Below, piece after piece: positions 12,801 through 25,924 of a stretch of 64,000 nt of DNA; position 1 is the stretch's first letter, and every line of letters starts with the position of its first letter. The stretch is from Trichoplax adhaerens (taxonomy: Eukaryota; Animalia; Placozoa). The DNA is taken from positions 1 to 64,000 of the forward strand of contig NW_002060956.1 in NCBI RefSeq assembly GCF_000150275.1. The letters run 5' to 3'. The notes beneath the pieces were generated by a model, which saw only the letters and a program-made list of their open reading frames with translations, was not told the DNA's origin and ran no database searches. The position numbers and the translations under genes were made by a program.

Positions 12801-15800
12801 GTAGTAGATGGGCTATATTAATCTCTTCAAATATATATTATGCTATAAACATATTAATAATTGCCTACAGTAATAAATTGATTACTTGATGAATTAATCG
12901 GTATGATTTCTAGGATATCTAACGATTTTTTATCTGTATCTTTCCAGTTAGAAATGAATTACCGGCAATTTTGTAGCGTGTATACCACTTATGAATCCAC
13001 AAATAGATAGTGTCATAGCCAAAGCCAAATTAAGGTGAATAAAATTCTTTACCGTATGCAATTTTCTATATAAAATTTTAGTAAACTCGTCTTGATAAAA
13101 TTTTGTAGTAAGATTAGTCGATATTTAGTATAGATCAAGATAGATCTGTCAAGAATTTTACAAATATTAGGTGATATTCATAGTCTACTTCATAAATATT
13201 GTATTATCAGCAGCAAGAATAATGTCATCTTACGATTATTTGGGCAAATTAACCATGAATACAATTATTTATGCTAATATCTAATTAACCCTTGCTAGAT
13301 TTACTTGTAATCATTATTTTGACTTATTATAATTCCTTTCTATATTATGTTTATATTTTCGAGCATAAATAACTTATAGGCAGCTACTATGCATTGAAGT
13401 AATTGATGATATGATAGGCCTCACTGATCCATAATTATGATATCTATAATTATAGCATTCCTTCTCTATTTCTCTAGGCAATTCAATTCTACAATCTCAA
13501 TCTTGTCGTCATTAGTGCTGCACCAATTACTGTTTAACAATTATTATCTTAGCAGATCCCTTACTTGCTAGTATATCTCGCTATGCTTTGCTTTACAGAC
13601 TTAGAGAAGATCTTTTAACTCATGACTGTTAACGTTTAAAATGTTTAGAAGTAACACTTGGATAAACTGTTAAAACTAGATCGCACTACAATATATTTGT
13701 CATCAAAGAATTTGTGGTCTATGCTCTCAGCATAATCTATTATTAATTAGCAAAGAAATTACTTCTTATCTGAAACCGACGATTAAGCCAATATGCTACA
13801 TTAATATTAAGCCTATCCAATATCTATATTGATAGCCTATTTATTAACTATCCTACTAACCTGCTGCTAATTATTAGTGCCATCATGATCAGTAGAGCAA
13901 ATAGTGAAATAGAGTAGCCGATATAAGTAATGATGCGAAGGTTAGTATCATGGAATTCAGTAAGAGCCTACAGCCAAAGCATAATCAACTACGTTAACAT
14001 ATATTATTGAGTTTTAAATATGCATCAAAATGAGTATATTTAAGTATAAATCAGCTCGCGGCAATTCCTATCACGTTTAAACTATTTCTAATTTATCTAT
14101 AAGATCAAGTATTTTGAATTTTTACCTTAGAATTTTGCATAAGGATCGCAAAACTCGTAAAATGAACTGTTATGCAGTGAATTGTGGTTGAATTATAATC
14201 TTTTAATTTCATTCCATATTCTGACCATCGACTTTACCACGTGGCAATGCATTAATAAAATAAGAACAGTATATAATACATAGAAATATATTAATAAGGC
14301 AAGTCTTGATCCTGAGATTAAATGCTAACATTTCTAGTTTGTTGCGATACAAGTAGGTAATTCAGGTAGCTAGTTTATCTTACGTTTTTTCCCAATATGC
14401 ACATCGATAGGGTGGATTTCGCTAAAAAGATAACTCTCATAATGTTATTAATGAATCAATATTAAAATAATCACTGTATTGTACTAATTAGGTTACTAAC
14501 TTGTTGATGGTGTAGATTGAGGTAAAGATGAACAGGCAAAGCAAAATTCTTGTCTTTGTACGGATAAACGGAGCAAGATAAAACACTGGAAATAATGACA
14601 CTATACGAAAATTTTATAGCGTCGTTTCAACATTAAACACAATGAAATTTTTATGACTTGAGAGGATAGAAAATTTTACAAGATTATAATCGATCTACGT
14701 TTATTAATTGTACAGGAACCACACCTGTCGTTATTTTCAGAAATATTGTTTTCCGTCCAATTATTACGGATATTATACGATCGTACTACCAAAGTTACAG
14801 TATCATCTAAAAAAATATTTATAAAGTTATAAGCAAGAGCTCTGTTGTTAAGTGTGGTAATAGAATAATTTAAGTGCAGCTTGTTTGCCTGGTTGTTTTT
14901 TCTAGCGTCAATTAAGATACATTAGCGAATAAGCTAGAATATTATCTATACATGATAGTTTTAAATATTACTAATGTTTCTTATTAATAAGGGAGATACT
15001 GGGATATTTCATATCTAGAATATATTTAGAAGTGTTCGTTACCTTGACCCAGAAAACGAAAAGCCGCTTTAGGAATCATCACTTTCGCAACAGATTTATT
15101 AGATAATGAGAAAGCGAGGTTGACGATTGATTTAGTGTCCGATGCTGAAATCGTTTGAATAACTAATTCTAACACAGTAAGAAAAGTAATAAGCAGAAAT
15201 GGGTTAAATAATAAAAACAACAGTAAAGAGCTAGGATAATTAAGTCACTTGATAGAATTATTTTAAGTTGGTACATCTAAATTCAACATACAACCAGTTC
15301 CATAATGACTTAAAGATCACATAAATCACTAAGAAATTTATTTTTAGGCATAGAAATGCCATTTATTAATGATCTATAGACGGTACCGTAATATTTAAAG
15401 AAACTTTTTGATATTTTAAAAAATTTTTTACTTGTAGTATGCGAATACCATGGCTTTGATGACATTTATATTATATTAAATGATTATCGGTACCTGACTC
15501 GGGTGTCGATATGATTAACCTCATAGTAATATTGGCTTGGTGAATTTCTCTTGCTAAATCTGCATCAAATTTATCGATTTGTTCAAAGATGAAGCCAGGG
15601 TTCTAAATAAAGATATACAGATGAATCTTGCGTAATAGTCAACCATTTTGAATTTTACATATCCTGATACTTGAGAAGTACGCGGTCACGTCATTTAAAC
15701 CAGTAAAGAGAGACTGATTTTTCGGAGGTAGTTTAAACTAAATTATGAATTTTGAAAGTTCGAACAGAGAATTTTCAAAATGCATCATTACCTATGGCAT

Positions 15801-18800
15801 ATTCAAGTACGTTTTATTTACCGTATCTACACCATTGATGAAGTTTGCAATAAGCTGGTTGCAAATCGTTTGTATCCTATTAATCTATATATCAAAGGCA
15901 TCCAATATTTTTAGCTTTCACATTAAAATTAAGTCCTAATCTAATTATAGAACAAATTATTCAACTTCATTATCACAGCTATCTTGATTTAACTACTGAC
16001 AGATTATTATTACATATTCTAAAGAGTCAAAAATCATGATACATGCAAAAACTCTAGAATAAATTGCTGTTAATAGACTCATGCTCAAATATCTTATTTC
16101 TAACAATTTATATGCGGTATTCTCTTTCCTATACTAAATGACATCAAATGCATTATTAATAACCATTTTATTGATCTTCGTAGGATATGCAAAATAGCTT
16201 CCATTATTCGATAATGGTGGCTGGTTTGATGTGATGCTTGCTGTGACTATCAAATATATTATAACCCGAGTTAGAATAAAAAAGCGATAATATACACAAC
16301 AAATTGATAGCTAAGTATTAGAAAAAATTTTATACGACTAAAGTGGGTTTATAGTGAGCGTTAGCAGTTGATATTTCAATTCAGAAAATTTTGAGTGTGC
16401 TATTCTACTAACTTATTACAAAAGTCCTTTGTTAGAAAATAGGGTTCTGCTACAATTTTTTAATTTCATTTAGAAAAGCTATTGTGATATATACCGATCA
16501 CGAAATTCCAAATTTTAGAAAAATAAGGGCTTTATTGAATCTTATACAATGATTAACTTCACACAGCTCTACTTTAGCCGAATACTACTACTAAAGACTT
16601 CTACAACGAACTAACTGAATAATCTAAAGTTGCATGCTTTTATACTTTTCGTAGCATTCGCAGCTACAATCCGCATGGCAACCTTTTACCTTATTTTACA
16701 CATAGTTAAACTATTCTTAGTTCCACTATTCTACTGCGGACCATCATTAATCCGATATGGATACGACTACAGTATTTATGTAGACATTATTCACCTCAGC
16801 CAAAGTACAATGAATTAACCATATCCTAATATATGATTTACGGTTCTATTTTTACCTATAACCTTATTAGTAACTCAACACCTTACTGTATATAGTCATC
16901 TGTTTTCTAGAATAGAGTCTATACCACTACAGTCTATAGTTATAGCTACCAAATATCTCTTAGGATAAATATCTACCGTACATTACACTAAGCATGGCTA
17001 ACAGTCTACAATCACAATACCAAGTTACATTACAGCTATCAAACCCTTTCTTTAGATTAGACCGTTACTCGCATTTTGGTATGCATAATCTAAGTCGACT
17101 GGTGCAGTATAAGAGAAATTATTAAGTGTCGGAGTGTAAAATCTTAAAATCTTACACCAATCGATAGTATTGAAAAGAACATAGTTAACTTTTCTATAGT
17201 AATCTATATCAAACACAGTGCAAAGATGACGATTTATCGCCTCAGCAGAGTAGCACTATGAATAATATTACTTTGTATACTATCTCTATCGTTAAATAAG
17301 AACATTTTCATAGTCAAAGACTCCGTTTTCAGTCTTTATTACAATGACCTTCGAAATAGGATTGAAAATTCGATAGTATGCAGATTATCATGGTTATAGC
17401 AACAACTTTATTGCTCTTGCTAATTTTTAAATTTAGGATATCGTAAGTATATCATAATCGGTCTTAGAGTTATAAATCTATCGAGGATATGATAATGTGA
17501 AAAATTAACGGAATTACGAAATAGTATCAACTACCATATAAAAGATATAATTTATACACTACGAGCTCTGAATTCAATTAGCCGTAAATAATCTTATGGT
17601 TACCTTTATTGGAGGATATTAATGAAGATGAATCATTTGTGCTAGCTGAAGTAATAATTGTAGTTAGTACTTACGAACGACATCTTATTGATAGAATTTA
17701 TACATAATTCTATTCATACGGTACTAATACAAAGTGTGAAAGACGGCAAAGCTTGAATAGAAATGAGATTGGAATGCAATGAAGCTTGAACTCATTACCG
17801 TTCTTAATGTATACTAGTAGCATTACATTCGTAATGAAGAACATATTGGATCGAAGATTATTTAAGTACATTTTGTACTATTCGATAATATAACACGGCA
17901 TCAAATGTGATGTTCTAATAGAACTGAAATGTAAATAAATTATTCATACCTGTTCTTGATGATAATAAATTTTCTGGCGTATATGAGCTAAGATCGGAAT
18001 CAGATAGGGTGTGAGTTAACAAAATTGATTTGTTAATAGTTACTATATTTGCGACAATTGAGTGGGAGCTGTCATGTAGTATCGAATTTGACGATAAGCG
18101 CTGATAGACAGCGGCACTGCTTTCATCAATTACACTTGTAGCTGTAATAGAGACATAATTTGTGCCAATATTATCTAGTAAAGTAGGAATGAAATGTCAA
18201 GTGCATGGCCTAAAATTGATATTTAGTAAAGCAAGAACTACTTTTTCTCGTTATCAATCAAATCAATAAATTTCTGTTTGTAATTGAGCTAGTATGTGAT
18301 TCGAAAGTAATAGAAACTCTCTACTGGAATTGATTCATTATACCAGTACCTTTTATCAAGATAATATCAGAATTACTATCCTTCCATAAACTAGTTTGAA
18401 CTGACCAATTATGAGTATCTAAACTCTCTTCATCTCTTTTGATTGTTGTTGTAGTCGAATCAGTATTCACAATGTCAACCATAGTCGGCGATAAAATGAA
18501 TGATGACAACGAATACTTAAATGCGTTTGATTTTCTGTTAAAATTTGAATTAGTAGAAACAGGAAGAAGTGGTCCACTCGATGTTGTTACTGTTATAACG
18601 TTAAAAGCATTGCTTGCTATTGAGCTGATAATTTGGTTATCTATGGCTGAAATTGACGATGAAACAGTTAATACTAACGGGCTATCTTCATAAATGCTAG
18701 AGTTGATACTGGAGCCTGAAGACACTAGCAATTGCAGTCCACTGGCCGTCATAGTTTTTGTTATGCTGCTAGCCAAATCATTAACTGATAAACTAAACGA

Positions 18801-21800
18801 TAGAGTTAGATCATAAGTAGGTACAGTGAAATTTTTTTCACTGTTTAATACAGTATTTGTCGTTAAAATGATATTTAGATTATTATTAACGGAGAAAACT
18901 GACGAGGAAGCGGATGATATTAATAGATTCTCATACAAACCGGAGCTACAGCTGTGAATGTTCGAAGCTGTAGGAGTGAGTAACTCTAATTCCTCGGTTA
19001 TAGTGGATACTGGAGAGCTAGAGTTACTGAGTATAGTAGTTGATGGCAATGAAAGATTTAAATCGCTAGTAGCAACGCCAATTTGTGAATTAGTCCAGGT
19101 TGTTAACTCTAACTGGCTCGTAGAAGTCGTTGCTGAAAGGATAGTATTATCGGATAAAGTAGATGATGCTATTGGCGAATTGAGTTTGGTAGTACTAACA
19201 TCCAATCGCGAAGAAATCGAAGCCAGTTGCTCTGATAAGTTAGCAATAGCTAACGTTGAAGCAATGACGTTACTAGATAAAGTAGATGATGTTAGTGAAG
19301 AATTTAGTTGGATAGTAGAAGCTGTAGAACTTGTTGAAGTTATGCTATTAGCGACTGAAGAAGAAACTTCACCAATTGGCTTCTGACAAACATATCGATA
19401 AAAATCGTTACAACTGCCATCACGCCAGATAAACAATAATAAGATATCAGCTAGGTGCACACATCTATAGAATTTATTTGCTGGATATAAGGACATCCAA
19501 AATTGTGGACCAGTAGTAACACTTTGATTGGTTGCTAGCCAGTGATAGTCGCTGACGACGTTATCTCCCACTAAATCTTTCAATCCAATCCAGTAACGTA
19601 CGTTAACATGTAATATAAAATATAAACCATTATGAGTAGCATAGGAATCATCAACTGCTAAATCGCCACCAGGAAACCCTTGACAGGCTCTTCGAGCGTT
19701 ATCGAAAGTATTCGATCCTTCGGAAGGTTTAAAACAACGATTACTAATTTTTGTCCATCCATTATCACATTCCTCTGTTTTAGTGAAAGATAATCACGAT
19801 GAAAAATATAAATTTAGTATATTCTACTGAGCTGAAGTATGGAATAAATTATCGTTAATCGATTTCATAATTCTCCATTTTAATTTATAGCATCCAAATA
19901 TCACTTGCAGCCAATTTATAGGACAGATAAATAATTTCCATTCTTAGATTCTAGTCACTGTTTGGTTGCAATTTTGAATTTACTAGTTGCTAGCTAGTAG
20001 CTACTGGGTTACGCATCAGTTTTCATATCAACTAGTCTCGGTCTGTAATTGTACTCTAAAATATAGCTCACTCTTGTTATTAAATGGAACTATAAGGAGA
20101 TATAGAGAGAAGCCAAGTTAGATAGCTGACTGAAATTAGATTGAATGCATTCTTGTCATGAGTACGCATAACGTTATTCTTAAATTTTAAAACAAAACCT
20201 TAATCATAGCCATCAATCTATTACTAAGGTGATTTTCTCCTAGCCTGAATTATAACCGATTCAGATACACTTATATAATACAATTTATATTTTTTTATAT
20301 ATCGGAATTGATATTTATCTAGTACGCATAATCTGATTTCTTAGATTTTGAAACAGTATCTTTATCATAGCTATTAGTCCATTACTAAGGTGTTCTGTTC
20401 CTAGTCTTAATTATTACTGATTCAGATCCATTTTAATTTACTATTTATCTTAGGATACGTATTCTGGTACAGTAATATAGAAAGAACCCAAACTACGTTA
20501 TTTTTAACGAAATTCCATGCTAGCTTTACATATACTACATTAAGAAACTTGAGAATCAACATGATATTAACGTTGAATTATGATGATAGCCACAAGATAT
20601 GTTAAATAGCTACCACGATAGACGGCTTCTATAAATAATTAGTATAACTAACTCTTTTCATAATCGCTCCAAATATCATAATAAAAGTATTACATTTTTG
20701 TTGATTAAATTTATCAGTTTTACTCTTTGTTAAATTATGCCAAAAAGAAAATGAATTATTCACAATTGAAGTAGTTATATTTTTATGATACTATACATTA
20801 ATTAATTCTATAATTTATTCATATCGCGCTATATTTTGCTCATTTTCTATTTTATCTTTTAATCAATAGTCTTACTAACCTTCAGCTTTCATGGGAGTTA
20901 ATATTACACAGAGAATCTAAAATAGATAAAAATGTAGCTGTAAATTTTCTTCAAATTAAAATAGACATCAAACAGTCAATCTTGTTGTTATTGCTTTAAT
21001 ACATTAATTCTGTCATGATTAGCTTTTTTATACTTAGATACAATAAACAGGTTTGGAAAATTCCATTTATTTTGATACTGAATGAATAAATCTTATAATT
21101 ATTTCTTAAAATATATTATCGATTACGCAAACCGAGAAATATGTAGATTGCGTGACTGCGATTTTTGATTTTCCTCAATACGTGCGTCAAGTGTATCCGT
21201 GATTTCGCTGGAATTTTTATCAGACGTCTTATTAAATTTATATCAGCAATTTAATGTCTCTATCATAGCTGATAATAATGTAAGAGTAATCAAGGTGTAA
21301 TAATTATTAGCGATTTGAAAGCAGAAAAATTGAATTCCTAAATTGGAACGTAATCAATTATCAACTTTAAATGCCACTAACATTAAATTGAAGAAAAATT
21401 TTCTGTTAGGCTACTGTCACGTAAGGTAAGGATAGTAACTTACGAAAAGCCTTCTAATCAAGGAGCTAGAAAACATTAGAATAGAAAAGTTCCTGGAATT
21501 TGATGATATTCTAATCTGCAGTATATTCTTCTTTACTATCAGTATCAATATGAATTTTCCCTATTAGTTGTGAACTAGGATACTAGCAGAGTAAATGGGT
21601 ACACTATGGGCAATAAGCTATGAGAAAGCATGCATGCCAAAAATTCGTTTTGCTAACACATCAAAATAAAATTTAAAAACAAACGGACATAAAATAATTT
21701 TCTTATCATTTCTATGATACTTTTTTCTCAATTAAGTTATGATAAGCAACTACCGACTATCGGTTACGACATAAGATAACAATAGTAAGTGCGTATATAC

Positions 21801-22011
21801 TAAAGATTTGTTGCTAATATATCTCATTACAGGCTCTTTCTACGCAAAGAAATACATTAGAATTGAAATTAAGAATACTTGTAGATAGATACAAATTCGT
21901 TCTAGTCATGCCTTTGATATCAGTTACTCTCTTCGTCAGCTTTAAATAAAAAGACACATATTAGACAAATCTTGCATCATTAATTACCAAAATAATGTTC
22001 GCTAGGTCCAT
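9893..22011 (-). CDS. Adhesion GPCR 'gene A': SP, C-type lectin-like domain, Ser/Thr stalk, GAIN/GPS, 7TM, C-tail (~1170 aa)
   Basis: GT-AG exons in continuous frame: 22011-21988, 20916-20880, 19774-18350, 18174-17950, 17645-17604, 16246-16164, 15884-15822, 15602-15494, 15168-15043, 14806-14725, 14600-14501, 14421-14384, 14231-14126, 13967-13861, 13065-12963, 12607-12451, 12189-12123, 12037-11971, 11634-11549, 11315-11189, 11046-11005, 10801-10715, 10496-10376, 10158-10140, 9974-9893. Motifs: CDNGW..CF, YWIGL, WRD..C....VCQ; CAYW..WSEYG..HCITVHF|TSFAILM; IHLNLA, WMMMES, GW, CWI, FFVGP, GISWLFG, NCPQG, FHC. Stalk exon boundaries are less certain. Confidence 0.92.
16483..17034 (-). mobile_element. 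Solo LTR, family R3 (552 bp), in a gene A intron
   Basis: TGTG...TACA termini, GCTAT/GCTAT TSD. Near-identical inverted copy at 40325-40876. Confidence 0.88.
20202..20452. repeat. Diverged intronic direct repeat (~160-bp spacing)
   Basis: atcatagc..attactaaggtg..cctag.ct.aattat.ac.gattcagat occurs at ~20202-20291 and ~20364-20452. Confidence 0.7.
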
Positions 22012-23538
22012 TTGCCAAGACAGAAATGAAGTTGTTCCAATACCAGTTAAAAATATAAAGACAATAACGATAGACACTTATCGAAATAGCACTTTCTATC
22101 CTCGTTTCTAAAAACTTACAATGTATCGATAACCTAATGATATTGCTTTTGTTTCAATTGTTGATTGATTTTAACTATCACCAGTCATACTATTATTTTG
22201 ATTAATTATGTACTTCAAATACAAAAGTTTCCTATGAGTTCATATAATGTAACAATAGTTATTTAGAAGATTATGACAGAATTTCTGTTTTATCTCTCCA
22301 TAATACCACTGGTATTCATCAATTTCTTATGGAGATGTTCAATAATGTGTTACTGAGAATGAACTAGCACAATTTTATTACAAAGAAATGTACAAGTATA
22401 TATATATAAGATATACCTTATCGATATCACAATATTTATTTCTAATAGTACATAGATCATAATGATTAAAATCTATAGTATAGTCAATAAAGTTCTTAAA
22501 TTTTGATCTAGCCTTCTTCAAAGTCTAAAATTTTATTTCATTTTGAACTGATTATAATGATTTGAAATGATTCAGTTGTGAATTAAAAATAGATAACTGA
22601 TGAAATTTTGAGCAGCAATATTTTAACGAGCATACATGTGTTGTATATTATGAATATTGTTCCATAATAAATCTGATTTTGAAATGACTCATCATGATGG
22701 AAACAATTGATTAATCTTCTGATTTTAACACATATTGATCAATTATTCATAATGATAATTATGTTTATAAATTGTTATGTTTAGATAACAAATTTGATGA
22801 TGAAAATCATATGCGAAACAGCTTAGCTATCATTGTCCGCCTTATTCCCGATTCTGATAGTGCAGATATATTATATTATCAGTATAATAAACGAATAATT
22901 TAAAGCGATAGCAATGTCTGAATGCATGATTTATCACTACTTGCTATATCATATTCCATACGCTTTTCCATTCTCCATCTTAACAGCTTGCTCATTTAAA
23001 ATTTTACACTGACACTCTATTAACTTTAACGAGTAAAAATGGAACATCCACGAGAATTATTTCTTAAAAGAAGTTTCACGCTCACTACAAAGTAAAGCCT
23101 TAATTAACTCTGAAATCTCTTTTATATGCAATTGTACTCATTTTATCAAAGAATTAATTAACAGTGTCTATATTATTTATTACGATCAAATGATGATTTA
23201 CGAGATGTAATTCAGCTCTAAACTATTATTAAAACGTTAGATTTTTACTCATTGACTTCTTGTACTTCAGGTACCTTACTCGTTCTTACTGTTATGAATG
23301 CAAAGATTTAGACCATTAATGAACTCTAGCGTATCTAGATGATTTCATGTTCCTAATATGTCAGTGTAGATTATAAAAACCGAGGTTGAACAGTTTATGT
23401 CGGCATAATCCGTGTCGTAAGATATGCTAGCAAATTTAAAAATGACTCTTGTGTTTGTTTTACAGTGCTATCTTTGTAGCTGTACGCTTATCCTTTCCTG
23501 ACAGTATAGGGTAAGATTTGTGCGAATATTCGTATCTA

Positions 23539-23655
23539 TGTCACAACCCTCGCTGGCGACAAAGATTTCGTAAAGAAATTCTCGTGCAAGTATTATAACT
23601 TGAGCTACTTCCCCAGTATTTTCAGTCTATATGCGGGTGATAAACGCCGGTGTTA
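23539..23655 (-). mobile_element. LTR end fragment, family R5
   Basis: TGTCACAACCCTC...GTGCAAGTATTATA...TTTTCAGTCTATATGC matches the reverse complement of ~51220-51333. The other boundary was not resolved. Confidence 0.6.
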
Positions 23656-24846
23656 AGTAGCAAAAATACATATTTTACAAGTTACATTAATAGATTTATA
23701 TAATTACTAAATAAATACGAGTAGGTAGATATTCTGGAAGTTAAGGTGTTGAAACACTCTTCCTCCGTCCATAATTCCATATACGGCTCGATTATAATAT
23801 TACAGCCTAGCACATCTTTTAGTCTTCAATAAACTAACTTGCAACAGTTCTATATCACGATTTTACTACTAAGGAATTTACTAGTACAAGCCTAGAAGAA
23901 CTAATATGACCTTATCTAGATTATTCTCAAATATCAATAATCAATTAATCGGTAACGCAGTACCGTAGTAATTTACTAAATTAATGTATAAAAGGGAAAG
24001 GGCTCCGTAAGTAATATTCGTCGATAACGAAGTTATTTTTAAAATAAGGAATGTCCTAGCTGTATATCATACTTTATAAGATTACTTAAGGTGAACAATA
24101 CCTTCTATAATTATTATACGCCGGTTAGACATGTGTTTTTAGAAGTGTGTTTACAAATAATTATTGTTGTTTAATTAAGGATATTAAGGTTAGTATGAAC
24201 TATTATTAGTTGTTGCTATAATAAATAATTATATGTTCGATGCCACAGGCATGATAGTTGATTTAGGTAAGAGATGATGGTAATTTAGAATTATGTAAGA
24301 GCATACATTTATGTGTTTATCTACTTTATGAAGCCTCAATTAAGACTTGTATGTTCGATAACAAATTGTTTACTAGCAGGCTTTACTCTATATAATAGCA
24401 AACTCTTTGAAAACACTTCCATAACTTCTAGTTAAAATATTTATTTGTGACCTGCATTAATCAGTAAATCAATAAATTAATTAATTATATTTACAAATTT
24501 AAAACAACCTAAATTGATAGACGAGCTGCGTGCGGAAGATAAATTAATACGATAGCTAACGTACTCTCTGTAATGGCTCTTATTATAATTTAGATTATTG
24601 GGGTACATATCTGGCTTAGAAGCTTATAAATCATAATATCATCTTTCTACATCTGTTACCAGATAACTACTAGATTGTATAAAATTGGAAAAATACTGCC
24701 TTATAGGAATGTAATATATTCACCAACAATACTGGATAGTAATCAGGCGATTGACGTTCATGCTCTCCATCCGGAATCAGTACCATAGAAGTAGGATAAG
24801 TACTACACTGAACCGCGTAAATCTCTAGGTATCACGAAAGTATTAT

Positions 24847-24925
24847 TTAGTGATGACCAATAGCATCCTTTTTACGATTGGTTGACAAGACTAGATGATC
24901 ACATGCCGAAATCGAAATTGTAACA
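24847..24925 (-). CDS. Duplicated (candidate alternative) terminal exon of gene B
   Basis: TAG acceptor, phase 2, 79 nt, open: (S)VTISISACDHLVLSTNRKKDAIGHH*, compared with the proximal (S)VSTSILACDHFVLSTDRKTDAVSHH*. Confidence 0.55.
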
Positions 24926-25172
24926 CTAAATCTAAGAAAAATTTAAGCCATAAATGATAAAGTTTAGAAACGTGCTCTATCTAGAAAATTTTTTTGAGGC
25001 ATCAATATAATCAAATATGGGCTAAATGCAAATAATAATATCGACACTATTCTAGTAGCAATAATTAATTTAATACTTGTCACTAATTAATATTAATTAG
25101 CAACTCCATACCGAAGATGTATTTTAATACGATCACTAAGGCAACTTTCTGTAAAGACTCTTATTATAGTTC

Positions 25173-25663
25173 TGTAATAAACAGCTTTGCATCAAGATAA
25201 CGTACCCGGTAATGTACGATCAATAAGTCAATTTCCTGAAGTACGTATCAGGAAATAATATCTGCACTATCAGGAACACTTCTTCACCTACCAGTAGACA
25301 ACACGAAGACTTAAATACCTCGTATTTTACGTTAAATATTCATCTTGAGAGCTAATTTTATTATACGGCATACAGCATTTATATATCTTTTTATAATAGT
25401 TCAGGAGTCCTAGTTAGTACGATTAACTTTGAAGCTATTCAATAAATTAGAAGCTAATTTTATCTACTGCTACATAGTAAAGACCACAGTATTTACCAAC
25501 GTAGATATCAAGTGACTAATACAAAATAGTAAGATTGCAACATGTTCTATCACGGAGCATTTCCATAATAATGTACAATCTGTTCTAAGTAAGTTACGAT
25601 CACTGTGAATTTAACATAGATATCTCTACTCTAATCTCGACAATACACTATATAACTGTAACA
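25173..25663 (-). mobile_element. Solo LTR, family R2
   Basis: TGTAA...TGTAACA termini, AGTTC/AGTTC TSD, homologous to 4677-5304. Confidence 0.85.
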
Positions 25664-25924
25664 AGTTCAAAATATTCGAGCTCATATCCGGCGTAGAAGC
25701 TTACAAATTATAACCTCATCTATCTATAGCATTTACTAAATAACTCCTAGACACTGGGCAAATCCGATGAATACTCCCATATAGGAATATAATGTATTCA
25801 TCAACAACACTGCATAGTAATCTGGTGATGGACATTCACACTTTCCATCCGGAATCAGTATCAAAGAAGTAGGATAAGTGCTGCACTGAACCGCATAAAA
25901 TTTCTAGGTATCACAAATATTATT

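Noticed and set aside
16630-16818. 62-aa ORF repeated at 40541-40729, resembling a small secreted peptide
   Set aside because: Lies antisense within the R3 solo LTR, starts at TTG, and its conservation is explained by recent transposition.
17720-17813. Additional gene A stalk exon
   Set aside because: Open in one frame but atypical in composition and without a convincing homologous boundary; left out of the model.
18439-19386. Plus-strand ORFs 18439-18693 and 18958-19386 (also 57141-57470)
   Set aside because: Antisense shadows of the Ser/Thr-rich stalk exon; V/E/L-rich with no independent features.
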